A stretch of 60,691 nucleotides of DNA, the filler included, from an uncultured Methanosarcinales archaeon (GTDB taxonomy: Archaea > Nanobdellota > Nanobdellia > Woesearchaeales > CAYSVS01), in assembly GCA_964589485.1 (NCBI GenBank). It is 5 parts of 3 records of this genome, joined end to end, with 100 filler letters (N's around TTAATTAATTAA, not from the genome) between each part and the next. Parts side by side here need not be neighbours in the genome. Positions count along the whole stretch, not along the records: positions 47,311 to 55,397 come from CAZPRK010000002.1; positions 55,498 to 60,691 come from CAZPRK010000004.1; 3 more parts are not named here. One strand, given 5' to 3'. Made by a program: the position numbers and the translations under genes. The notes below the pieces were generated by a model, which saw nothing but the letters and a program-made list of their open reading frames with translations, was not told where the DNA came from and did no database searches. This document shows, one piece after another, positions 49,555-58,900 of the stretch; the first letter of the stretch is position 1; each line of letters opens with the position of its first letter.

Positions 49555-49761
49555 TTATATCTTTTTTATTTTTTCGTATGTTGTGAATAACTTTGTAATT
49601 GCGTTTAAAGTTGCTCTTAATGCAACACTATCGGGTGCAGTTATTTCAATTTTTTTTTCTTTTTTGTTTATTTTGACTTCTGATCTTCCTGTTTTTTCAA
49701 TTTCAAGACTGTCAAAAGCAAAATCATCTGCATCGCATGTTATAGTAGCTTCATATTTCAT
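49555..49761 (-). CDS. pcc1: KEOPS subunit Pcc1
   Basis: RS...I.I.A.D..ALRA.LN; position between rpoP and pfdB. Confidence 0.85.
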   Translation of the reverse strand: MKYEATITCDADDFAFDSLEIEKTGRSEVKINKKEKKIEITAPDSVALRATLNAITKLFTTYEKIKKI

Positions 49762-49895
49762 ATTGCTTTTACGGTGGTTGAATTAACCCTCGGCTTAAAA
49801 AGCATTTTACTTCCACAATAAGGACATCTAATACTTTTTCTAAGGTATTCCTTGCTAACTTTTTTATCGCATTTAAAACATTTATATGTTACCAT
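49758..49895 (-). CDS. rpoP: RNA polymerase subunit Rpo12 (RpoP); not in ORF track
   Basis: Manual translation MVTYKCFKCDKKVSKEYLRKSIRCPYCGSKMLFKPRVNSTTVKAI. Confidence 0.93.
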   Translation of the reverse strand: MVTYKCFKCDKKVSKEYLRKSIRCPYCGSKMLFKPRVNSTTVKAI

Positions 49896-50142
49896 TTTCT
49901 ACCTCTGCAGTTTGAGTTTTTATTTTAGCAGGAATATATGCTTTTCCGCTGAACTTTTTTTCACACTTTGTACAATTCCATATTCCATAAGTAATTCTTT
50001 TAACTCTTAATGCATTACAATAAGGACATTTATGTTTTTTTCTAGATTCTGCTTCAATATTACCTACTTTTTGTCTATTACTTTTACCGTATCTTGTAGT
50101 ATATCTTTTTGCGGATCCTGTTCCAGTTTTTTTCTTTGCCAT
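49882..50142 (-). CDS. rpl37ae: 50S ribosomal protein eL43 (L37ae)
   Basis: RYG...R, CPYC, GIWNCTKC. Confidence 0.95.
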   Translation of the reverse strand: MAKKKTGTGSAKRYTTRYGKSNRQKVGNIEAESRKKHKCPYCNALRVKRITYGIWNCTKCEKKFSGKAYIPAKIKTQTAEVENGNI

Positions 50143-50164
50143 TTTTTTATTTCACCTAAAAGGA

Positions 50165-50254
50165 TGGGGCTACCCAGATTTTCGTATTTTAAATTCGAAC
50201 TGGGGTCTTATGGTCCCAAACCATAAATGATAGACCAAGCTACACTATAGCCCC
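50165..50254 (-). tRNA. tRNA-Pro(UGG) with 15-nt intron at 59/60 (50179-50193); CCA not encoded
   Basis: Acceptor GGGGCTA/TAGCCCC-A, anticodon arm TATGG-TTTGGGA-CCATA, T stem CCCAG/CTGGG; removing the intron restores TTCGAAT. Confidence 0.93.
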
Positions 50255-50338
50255 GTGAATTGACTCTTGAAATTTAGGTGTATATTTAAAGGTTACGGTT
50301 AACAAAAATTTATAAACTAACTCTATTTTTGGGTAAAT

Positions 50339-51433
50339 ATGGCAGTTTCAGCTAAAGATAAGTTTCATTTGAAGAAAACTTTAAAGGAACTAAGTACATA
50401 TAGAGGAAGGCATACTGAATTAGTTACAGTATTAGTGCCAACTGGGTATGACCTTAATAAAATTATTAATCATCTTTCTCAAGAACAAGGAACTGCAAGT
50501 AATATTAAGTCAACTGCTACTAGAAAGAATGTACAAGATGCATTAGAAAGAATGATTCAACATTTAAGGTTATTTAAACAAACTCCTCCTAATGGATTAG
50601 CTGTATTTTCAGGGAATGTTGCAGAAAGGGAAGGACAAAGTGACGTTAAAGTGTGGAGTTTTGAACCGCCTGTCCCATTAAATGTTAGAATTTATAGATG
50701 TGATAAAAGATTTGTAATAGAAGATTTAGAGGGAATGACTCAAGATAGAACTGTTTTTGGAATGGTTGTTATGGATAGAAGAGATGCAGATATTGCAGAA
50801 TTAAGGGGTAAGGCAATTGTTCCTTTATTAAAAACTCATTCTGAAGTTCCTGGTAAATTTAAAGCAGGTGGACAAAGTGCATACCGATTTGCACAGAATA
50901 GAGAATTAGCTGCAAAACAACATTATAAAAAAGTTGCAGATTATATGAAAGAACAATTTTTAATGAATAAAGATCTTAAAGGGATATTAGTAGGAGGACC
51001 AGGTCCAACAAAATATGATTTTGTTGATGGTGGGTTTATTACGAATGAACTTAAAAAAAAAGTAATTGCAATAAAAGATTTAAGTTATACTGGAGATTTT
51101 GGATTGCAAGAACTTTTAGATAAAAGTCAGGATGTTTTAGCTACAGAAGAAGTTGCAGATGAAAAAAAAATTATGCAAAAGTTTTTTGATTTACTTAGCA
51201 CTAAGCCTAAGATGGTTGATTATGGTACGGAACAAGTTAAAAATAAACTTGACATAGGTGCAGTAGATGTTTTATTGTTATCTGAAGATCTTGAAGATGA
51301 TGTTATTGAAGGTTTTGAAGCAAAAGCAGATGAATTAGGAACTGAAGTTAAAATTATTTCTACAGACACTAGAGAAGGTGTTCAATTAAGAGATATAGGG
51401 AAAGTTGCAGCTATATTGAGATATGAAGCATAG
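50339..51433 (+). CDS. prf1: Peptide chain release factor aRF1
   Basis: TASNIKS, YRCD, GGQS. Confidence 0.97.
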   Translation: MAVSAKDKFHLKKTLKELSTYRGRHTELVTVLVPTGYDLNKIINHLSQEQGTASNIKSTATRKNVQDALERMIQHLRLFKQTPPNGLAVFSGNVAEREGQSDVKVWSFEPPVPLNVRIYRCDKRFVIEDLEGMTQDRTVFGMVVMDRRDADIAELRGKAIVPLLKTHSEVPGKFKAGGQSAYRFAQNRELAAKQHYKKVADYMKEQFLMNKDLKGILVGGPGPTKYDFVDGGFITNELKKKVIAIKDLSYTGDFGLQELLDKSQDVLATEEVADEKKIMQKFFDLLSTKPKMVDYGTEQVKNKLDIGAVDVLLLSEDLEDDVIEGFEAKADELGTEVKIISTDTREGVQLRDIGKVAAILRYEA

Positions 51434-51465
51434 GTTTTTTATATTAATTAGATTAATTTAATCTT

Positions 51466-52152
51466 ATGTCAAACTTAGTAAGAAAAGCTTTTATTTCACT
51501 TTATCCAAATAGAAATGTTAACTCTTATAATTTAGGATTAAAATATTCTGGAAAGTTTTCTGACTTTGGAGCAAATGTAACTTATCGAATGAATAATATT
51601 ACTTTTTCGATATCAAAAAAATGGATAGGTGTAAATGAAAGTATAATCATTGGATTATTACATTCTTTATTTATAAAAATATTTAAGACTAAAAATCCAA
51701 GTACTTTATTTTATATTGACTTGTATAATGCATATTTGAAAAATTTACATATTGCAGTTCCAAAAGTGCATTATGATGAAACTTTAGCACAATCTTTCGA
51801 TAGAGTAAATGAAAAATATTTTACAGAAAAAGTAGAGATGCCTAACTTTAAATGGCATTCAAATAAACGAGCATGGGGTTTTTATGACTATAAAACTGAT
51901 ATTATTTCTATGAATTTAGCTTTACAAAAAAAAGATTTAGAATGTCTTGATTATGTTATGTTTCATGAAATGTTACATAAAGCTCTAAAATTTCATTCAA
52001 AGGATGGAAAGAGTACTTATCATACTAAAGAATTTAGGGAAAGAGAAAAACAGTTTGAAAATTATGAATTTGTTGAAAAATCCCTTAATAATCGCTTTAA
52101 TTCTAAAAATAAGGATAATCTATTCATTAAATTGTTAAGAAAGCTTAATTAG
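51466..52152 (+). CDS. SprT/DUF45-like zinc metalloprotease
   Basis: F..VN.KYF, WG.Y, YVMFHEMLH...H...F. Confidence 0.75.
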   Translation: MSNLVRKAFISLYPNRNVNSYNLGLKYSGKFSDFGANVTYRMNNITFSISKKWIGVNESIIIGLLHSLFIKIFKTKNPSTLFYIDLYNAYLKNLHIAVPKVHYDETLAQSFDRVNEKYFTEKVEMPNFKWHSNKRAWGFYDYKTDIISMNLALQKKDLECLDYVMFHEMLHKALKFHSKDGKSTYHTKEFREREKQFENYEFVEKSLNNRFNSKNKDNLFIKLLRKLN

Positions 52153-52209
52153 GCTTTGTTTTTCAGAAAGATTTATATATTCTTGTTATTGGTGGATTTT
52201 AGGAGGTAT

Positions 52210-52422
52210 ATGAAGATGTCGCAGAAATTACTACCATTGGCTGCAATGGAAAAAATATTGAAAAATGCAGGAGCAGAAAGAATTAGTGATAAAGCTAAAG
52301 AAGCACTTAAGGTAGTAATTGAAGAAATTGCTGAAGAGATAGCACAACAAAGTGTTAAGTTAGCATTACACGCAGGAAGAAAAACTATTAAAGCAGGAGA
52401 TGTCAAGTTAGCTGCTAAATAA
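52210..52422 (+). CDS. Archaeal histone (HMf-like)
   Basis: LPLA...ILK.AGAERIS..A...A.HAGRKTIK..D; AGGAGG SD; start 52210 or 52216. Confidence 0.94.
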   Translation: MKMSQKLLPLAAMEKILKNAGAERISDKAKEALKVVIEEIAEEIAQQSVKLALHAGRKTIKAGDVKLAAK

Positions 52423-52439
52423 AAAAAAGAGGTTTAGGT

Positions 52440-53087
52440 ATGAATTATTTTGGATTAAATACGTATTTATTAATTTTAATTAGTTTTTCTTTAATTGTAA
52501 ATTCAGCTTTACCTCCTCCACCAGAAACTCCTGGGGGTTTTGATTCTGTTTCAACTGATGGAACTAGTGGAACTTCTTCCATTCAAAGTATGGGTGACCA
52601 AAGTACTACTGCTAATGATGGAACAGTTGATCTACCAGAAGATCCGAATGATCCGGGTTCAAGTGGTTCTTCTACTTCAGGAAGTTCGTCAAATTCAATG
52701 GGTAATTCTGGAAGCTCATCAAGTCCAATTAGCTCTTCAAATTCAGGAAGCTCTTCAAGTTCGCAACAAACTACTGCAAATAGTAAAAGTGAAGCAAATA
52801 CTCAAGAACTATCAAGTTCTGTTTTAGAAAGATCTCCAGATGTACAAAGTGAAAATTCAAAAACAAATTATTTCTTTATTTTTATTTCATTTGTTTTGGG
52901 TTCTATTTTTACATTTATAGCTATATTTAGTTATAATTATTTTATGAAAAAACCTTCAAAAGCTTCAACGGAATTAAAAAATTATGTGAATTCTTTGAAG
53001 CAACAAGGTTATCCTTCGGAATTAATTAAAGAAAAGTTATTAATATCAGGATATAATATTGAAACAATTCAAGAGGTGTTAGTATGA
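52440..53087 (+). CDS. Ser-rich membrane-anchored surface protein
   Basis: Signal peptide, LPPPPETPGG, Ser/Gly low-complexity stalk, TM, short cytoplasmic helical domain. Confidence 0.75.
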   Translation: MNYFGLNTYLLILISFSLIVNSALPPPPETPGGFDSVSTDGTSGTSSIQSMGDQSTTANDGTVDLPEDPNDPGSSGSSTSGSSSNSMGNSGSSSSPISSSNSGSSSSSQQTTANSKSEANTQELSSSVLERSPDVQSENSKTNYFFIFISFVLGSIFTFIAIFSYNYFMKKPSKASTELKNYVNSLKQQGYPSELIKEKLLISGYNIETIQEVLV

Positions 53088-54040
53088 TAGAAAGATTATT
53101 TAAAGAAAAATGGTTAGAAAAAAAACATATCTATAGTTTTTATATGGGTGTATTTTATACTTTGGTTTCATTTATTACAGCGTTGATTTTATTTAATAGA
53201 TCGCCTAACTTTATAGGTATATCAACAATTCTTTTTATTGTAATATTAACACTTCCATCAATTAATAATTTGTTTAATATGGAAGAAAAGTTAGAGAAAA
53301 CTAAGAAAAGTTTTTTAGAAAAACACGAAACAATATTTGATTTTTTCATTTATTTTTTTATAGGTGTTTTTTTAGTATTTTTAGTTATATCTTTTATTTC
53401 ACCTCAATTAGTATTGTCTGGATTAACACATAAGAAAGCGGAGATTGCAGTTACAAGTACAAATTTACCTCCTCCTCCTGTGGTTTCAGGAAGTTTAGTG
53501 CAATCAATATTTTTGAATAACTTGATGGTGATGTTAGTTTCATTTGTTTTATCTTTATTTTATGGATCGGGTGCAGTTTTTCTAATTTCATTAAACGGTT
53601 CAATATTTGCAGCTGCATTGGCTCAATCAGTTAGAGCAAGGTTAACAGACTCTGCTTTATTTTCCACTTTTTCATTTTTATCTTGCAATACGGCTATAAT
53701 GTTTTTTCATATGTTGCCAGAATTAGCAGGATACTTTTTGGCAGCTATATCAGGAGGAGTTTTATCTAAAGCATTTAATAAAGAAAAATTTATGTCAAAA
53801 AGTTTTAAGATTATATTGAAAGATTCATTTACTTTACTAATATTAGGAATAGTTGTTTTAGCAATAGCAGCAATAATTGAAGTTGAATTATCTAAAAAAT
53901 TATTTATAGCAAATGTTTGTGCAAATAATAATTTTATATTTTTCTTAGCTTTAGCATTGTTAGCTTTACTAGCATATTTTGAATTTCATAGAAAAAAGAA
54001 AAAAGTAAACAAAAAAAGGACAAAACGTAGAAAAAAATAG
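53084..54040 (+). CDS. SpoIIM/DUF95-family membrane protein
   Basis: IFLNNL, NG, H.LPE..G...A..GG, AA.IE motifs; multiple TMs. Confidence 0.8.
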   Translation: MIERLFKEKWLEKKHIYSFYMGVFYTLVSFITALILFNRSPNFIGISTILFIVILTLPSINNLFNMEEKLEKTKKSFLEKHETIFDFFIYFFIGVFLVFLVISFISPQLVLSGLTHKKAEIAVTSTNLPPPPVVSGSLVQSIFLNNLMVMLVSFVLSLFYGSGAVFLISLNGSIFAAALAQSVRARLTDSALFSTFSFLSCNTAIMFFHMLPELAGYFLAAISGGVLSKAFNKEKFMSKSFKIILKDSFTLLILGIVVLAIAAIIEVELSKKLFIANVCANNNFIFFLALALLALLAYFEFHRKKKKVNKKRTKRRKK

Positions 54041-54088
54041 AAAAGTATATTAATGTGTATGATTTAAAAGTAAAAAGGTGATATTGCA

Positions 54089-55069
54089 ATGAAAAAGATA
54101 ATGATAATATTTATGATGTTTTTAGTAGTTGCGTGTAGTAATACTGACCTACCACCTGAACCAGGAGCACCTGGTGGAATAACAGTTGGACAAGCAAGTG
54201 CATCACTTTCGGAAGTTGACTCTAATTACGTTGTTCCTGATAATAAATTAACTTTAAGTTCTGATGAATTGGAATTTTTAGTATCTGGTGGAAATTTGCC
54301 TTTAGTAACAGAAATAGATTACGATGCTTTTGTTTGGAAAGATGGATATATTTTAAAAAATGGAGCTTGGGAGAAGTTTAGTTTTGATGAGGATGATTAT
54401 AAAGAAACTAATTGGATTATTGGAACAGCAAGTAAAACTTTAATTTTATCAAAACAAGATTTTCCAGAAGATGAGCATTATGTAATTGCATATGCTTGTA
54501 AAAAGAATGATGCTGGGTGGGATTGTAATGATGGAAAATGGATGTTATATCCTTTTGAAGTAGTTCATGAAATAGCTACTCCTTCAACTCCTAGTTTACC
54601 TGGACAGATTGTTAGTTTAACTTCATTTGCTTCTATAAATAATAAACTTAGCTTAAGTTCAACTCAATTAGAGTTTTTAGTTTCTGGTGCAGATTTGAAT
54701 CTAGACTTAGAAGTAAATGACGAATTTATTTTAAATTACGGGTATATTCAAAAAAATAATGTTTGGGAAAAATTTAATTTTGATGAGTCTGCGTACAAAT
54801 CAACTAATTGGATATTTAATAAAGTAAATAAAAGACTAACTTTGTCTAAAAGCGATTATTCCGAAGGCGAATACCCCGTTTTAGTTTATTCTTGTAATGG
54901 CTTAACTGATTGTAATTCTAATAAATGGAAAATGCAAAAAATAAACGTAATTCATGAAATTGCTACTCCGGTAAGTCCAAGTAATCCAACTAGTGGGGTT
55001 GTTACAGGGAGATCAAGAAGGGGAACTTCAACAGGTGGAACTGTTGTAGGGAGATCGAGAGCTAAGTAA
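54089..55069 (+). CDS. Lipoprotein with two tandem Cys/Trp-containing domains
   Basis: VVAC lipobox; NKL.LSS..LEFLVSG...WEKF.FDE...TNWI...Y.C...C...KW...HEIATP occurs twice. Confidence 0.8.
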   Translation: MKKIMIIFMMFLVVACSNTDLPPEPGAPGGITVGQASASLSEVDSNYVVPDNKLTLSSDELEFLVSGGNLPLVTEIDYDAFVWKDGYILKNGAWEKFSFDEDDYKETNWIIGTASKTLILSKQDFPEDEHYVIAYACKKNDAGWDCNDGKWMLYPFEVVHEIATPSTPSLPGQIVSLTSFASINNKLSLSSTQLEFLVSGADLNLDLEVNDEFILNYGYIQKNNVWEKFNFDESAYKSTNWIFNKVNKRLTLSKSDYSEGEYPVLVYSCNGLTDCNSNKWKMQKINVIHEIATPVSPSNPTSGVVTGRSRRGTSTGGTVVGRSRAK

Positions 55070-55097
55070 ATTAGAATGGGTATAAGAACTAGATAAA

Positions 55098-55397
55098 ATG
55101 AAAAAGATAATTCTGATTTTAGCATTATTTTTAGTAGTTGCATGTAGTAATACTGAATTACCACCTGAACCAGGAGCACCTGGTGGAGTAACAGTCGGAC
55201 AAGCAAGTGCAGCTACTAGGTCTTATGAAAATGCATATGCACCGCCTGATGGTAAGTTTTCTGTTTCACCTAATTCATTAATTATTGAGAATCCTTAACA
55301 AGAAATACAACTTGATTTAGAAGTTGATTATGGAGCTTTTGTTTGGAAGCTAGCTTATGTTTATTTGGATAATAAATGGCAGGAGATTGAATTAGAT
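55098..55397 (+). pseudogene. Paralog of the preceding lipoprotein with in-frame TAA (pseudogene or sequence error)
   Basis: Near-identical N-terminus; after TAA at 55296-55298 the same frame continues QEIQLDLEVDYGAFVWKLAYVYLDNKW, homologous to EIDYDAFVWKDGYI...W. Confidence 0.7.
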
Positions 55398-55497
55398 NNN
55401 NNNNNNNNNNNNNNNNNNNNNNNNNNNNNNNNNNNNNNNNNTTAATTAATTAANNNNNNNNNNNNNNNNNNNNNNNNNNNNNNNNNNNNNNNNNNNN
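55398..55497. other. Artificial contig spacer
   Basis: N44-TTAATTAATTAA-N44. Confidence 0.99.
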
Positions 55498-55521
55498 ATA
55501 TTTAAATCTTTCGGAAAAGAA

Positions 55522-55887
55522 TCATCTCAAAAAAATATAGCCTTCTTTAGTTGAAGGTAAAACTAATTTTGAATAAGTTCCTTTTATAGGGTTAACTGTT
55601 AATTGAATAGGCTTTCCCCCGTTTCTATCAAGACTTTCTTTGATTGGAAAATGATGTCCAAGAAAACGATTAGTATGTGCATAAAAACTAAGTTTAGTTT
55701 GTTCGCCTGAAACTTTAAGTTCAACAACTCCATGTATTCCTGGATGAATTACGTATCCTGATAAAGTCCCTCTTACAATTTGTTCTCCATTTAGTTCGTC
55801 ATATTTTTGTACAAATTCATCTAATTCTATAACAACTTGATCAACAGATATAGGATTTATTTTATTTTCATTATGTCTAAAATTCAT
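55522..55887 (-). CDS. Hypothetical protein
   Basis: 121-aa ORF filling the space, TATA-like box upstream; no recognised motif. Confidence 0.6.
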   Translation of the reverse strand: MNFRHNENKINPISVDQVVIELDEFVQKYDELNGEQIVRGTLSGYVIHPGIHGVVELKVSGEQTKLSFYAHTNRFLGHHFPIKESLDRNGGKPIQLTVNPIKGTYSKLVLPSTKEGYIFLR

Positions 55888-55944
55888 AGAATAAGAAAAA
55901 GTATAGATATTTATAAAACTAATTAAAAAAATAAAAAAAAGAAT

Positions 55945-58900
55945 TTATTTCCTTTTAATGAAATAAACAAGTAACAATACTACTAGTAAAATAACTAAGC
56001 CTGCTGTTAAAGAATTACTTCTTTTTTCAGTTATTGTTTCTTCTTCTGAAGTTTCTTCAACTGTTTCTTCGTTTTTTGCAACAACTTCTTCGCTTTCTTT
56101 AGCAGTACTTTCAGCTTTACTTTCTACAACTATAAGCTCATTAATACTTTTAATTGTAAATGTAGCTTCATTGTTTTTAATTCCTTCAAGCTTTACACTT
56201 AAGTCATAGTACTTGTCGTCATTTACTTCAAACTTTTTAGTTTCTCCAATTGCTAGTGTAGCATTCTGAGGCGTACTTTGGACAGTTATTTCTGCTGTAG
56301 TTTCTGTTATTTTATTCAATTTCATTGAATGATCACTATTGCCTATAGTAAATTTAAATTTACTATTAGCTTTAATTGCTTTTTTATACCCTTCAGATAA
56401 TTGTTCATCACTTACAACTACTGTTCTAATTAATGAAGTTGCTACTGAAATTCCTCCTCCACCGCTTGACCCAGAGGAACTACTGCTTGAACTACTACTG
56501 CTACTACTTGAACTACTTCCTGAAGGAAGAGCTCCGTTGTTACTTTGGTAAAAGGAAAATCCTAATACTTCAGAATCAACACACCAGTTTGATGAATTAG
56601 CAGTTGAGCTTTTCAATGTTGCATTTGAAGTTACATTTGTACAACTGTTTGAACTTGTGTTTGTACAATGGAATAAATCAGTTCCATTATAAGGGACAGT
56701 TATACAAATTTTCTCACAATTAAAGTTTGAAATAAATTTATTCTTAAACTCTGATGTTGGCATTCCTACTAATCCATTTCCTTCTGTAGTGTTAACGTTT
56801 AATTTACTTGAATTAAATGTTACTGTAGCAGGAATTGTTCCATTTAGACATTCAATACTCCAATTCTTTGTTGAAGTTGGATTATTTATCTTAATGTTAA
56901 CTTTTCCTGTATTGTTTAATGTTTCTTGGCTACTTGCTTGACCAGATATTTTTTCATAATCATAGTCACCATCTGCACCTAAGTCATACTTAATTGATAA
57001 GTTTCCTAAAGCATCTGTTGGATCTGATTGTATTGGAACGAAATCCATGTCATCTAAATAAGTTTGACATTTTTTACCACAATCAGCATAACTTGCAGGT
57101 GTTTTGAATGAACTACATGAACTAACTAGGCAATTTCCACATACATCACATAAAGTATATTTGTAATAATATGTAGTATTTCCTGAAAGTGCATAACCTA
57201 AGTTTTGATTATTTCCTGCGAAATTATCTAGAGGTAAGTCGTGCCATGGTTTTCTTTTCAAGTCATTTACTGTTTTGTTTAAAGTACTACATGTTGAATC
57301 ATTGTGGTAAAAAGTCACTGAAGTGTTACTTGGTTCAAATGAGTCTACCATAACAAATGCTCCATCTGGCATAGCTTGTACTTTACTGAAAGCTAATGTT
57401 GGAGGTGTTTTATCTGTAGGATCACATACTAATCCGTTTGCTCCTTCATCTCCGCATGCAAATACATCATATTTACATACTGGATCGTTACAATCAGATA
57501 ACCCATCATTGTTATCATCTACGCCATTATAACAATCTTCAAATGGAATGAATCCATATTTGTTAAATAATTCACAATCTGGATCTTCTGCTGGAAGACA
57601 ACCATCTCCATCAAGGTCAACTAAACCGTTACAATCTTCTGCTTTAAAGTCAACACTTCCTTGTACGTAATACCCATCAAGCGTATTATCTACAGGGTTT
57701 GATTCGTTTCCAGTTCTGTTACTTGATGTTACATACAATCTCATATCACTTGACTTATTAAACAATGTCTTTGATTGAAGTGCTTCTTTATCTACTGCAA
57801 GTATTAATGCACCTATTTCTTTACATGATTTAGTAGGCCATGTTGATACTCCAATTGGACTTGCAGCCCAAGTTGCATTTTTACAAGTGTAAGCGAGTTT
57901 AACTTCAGTTACTGTTGTTCCAGACCAAGAACTTTCATATTCAAATTTAAATTCCATTCCTGTTTGATTTAAATCATCTGATTGACAGTTATTTGTAGTA
58001 TTTCCATCTGCATCTAGATATAAATAAACACTTGCGGTTGAATTTCCTGCACCAACTCCACCTTCCATTAAAGGTCTTCCGTTACATAATGCAGTTCCTG
58101 AAATATTACTCATCATTATTCCAAATCCAAATGAATTTGACATGTCTTTTATTCCTAACATACAAATATCTGATTGTCCTGACAGGTTTTCATCAGCACT
58201 TCCAGTTCCGCATGCATTGAAATCATTTGCAATCATTGTAGGTGCGCCAGATTCCATTCCAGTAAATAATGTAGCTGTAAATCCGTCATCACACCATCCT
58301 GATGCATTACCTACACTTTTATTATTGTTAGCGAAAAGATCTGTAGTCCATGTACATTTATCTAATGCTTCACAACCTGTTTGGTTTCCGTCTTTTTGAT
58401 AACACCCACCACCTATGAAACCTTCTGGTTCACAGTAACCTGTTCTTTCTTCACATGTTGAATCAGCTGCACATGCAGTTGAATTTAAATTAAAACATTT
58501 AGCTTCACATCTTCCTCCTCCAGGGAAAGCAAAATCACTTATCCATGCACAGTTTGAATCTCCTGTACATCCGCTTTCATTTCCGAAGTAAGAATGCATA
58601 CATGAAAATGGTTTTGCGTCACAAAATCCACTATCTCCAAATTGTATATAACTACAGTTGCCGTTTGCATTACAATCTGTTTGATTATATGAAAAACATG
58701 CATTGTAAAATGTTTCATTAATGTCACATTTTCCTGCATCTCCATCGTGGAAACTACTTGTAAAGTTACATCCTGCAGCTGCATTACAATTCGCTTCACT
58801 TTCATCAAAAGTCCAACAATTTGAACCTTTTATATCACAAAAACTTTGATTACTAAATGTATCAGTCATCCAGACACAATTAGAATCATTTAAACATGTT

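Noticed and set aside
50032..50226. 64-aa ORF on + strand
   Set aside because: Antisense to rpl37ae and the tRNA-Pro gene
14904..55497. Four identical TTAATTAATTAA motifs within N runs
   Set aside because: Artificial contig linkers of fixed 100-bp length; not a biological repeat
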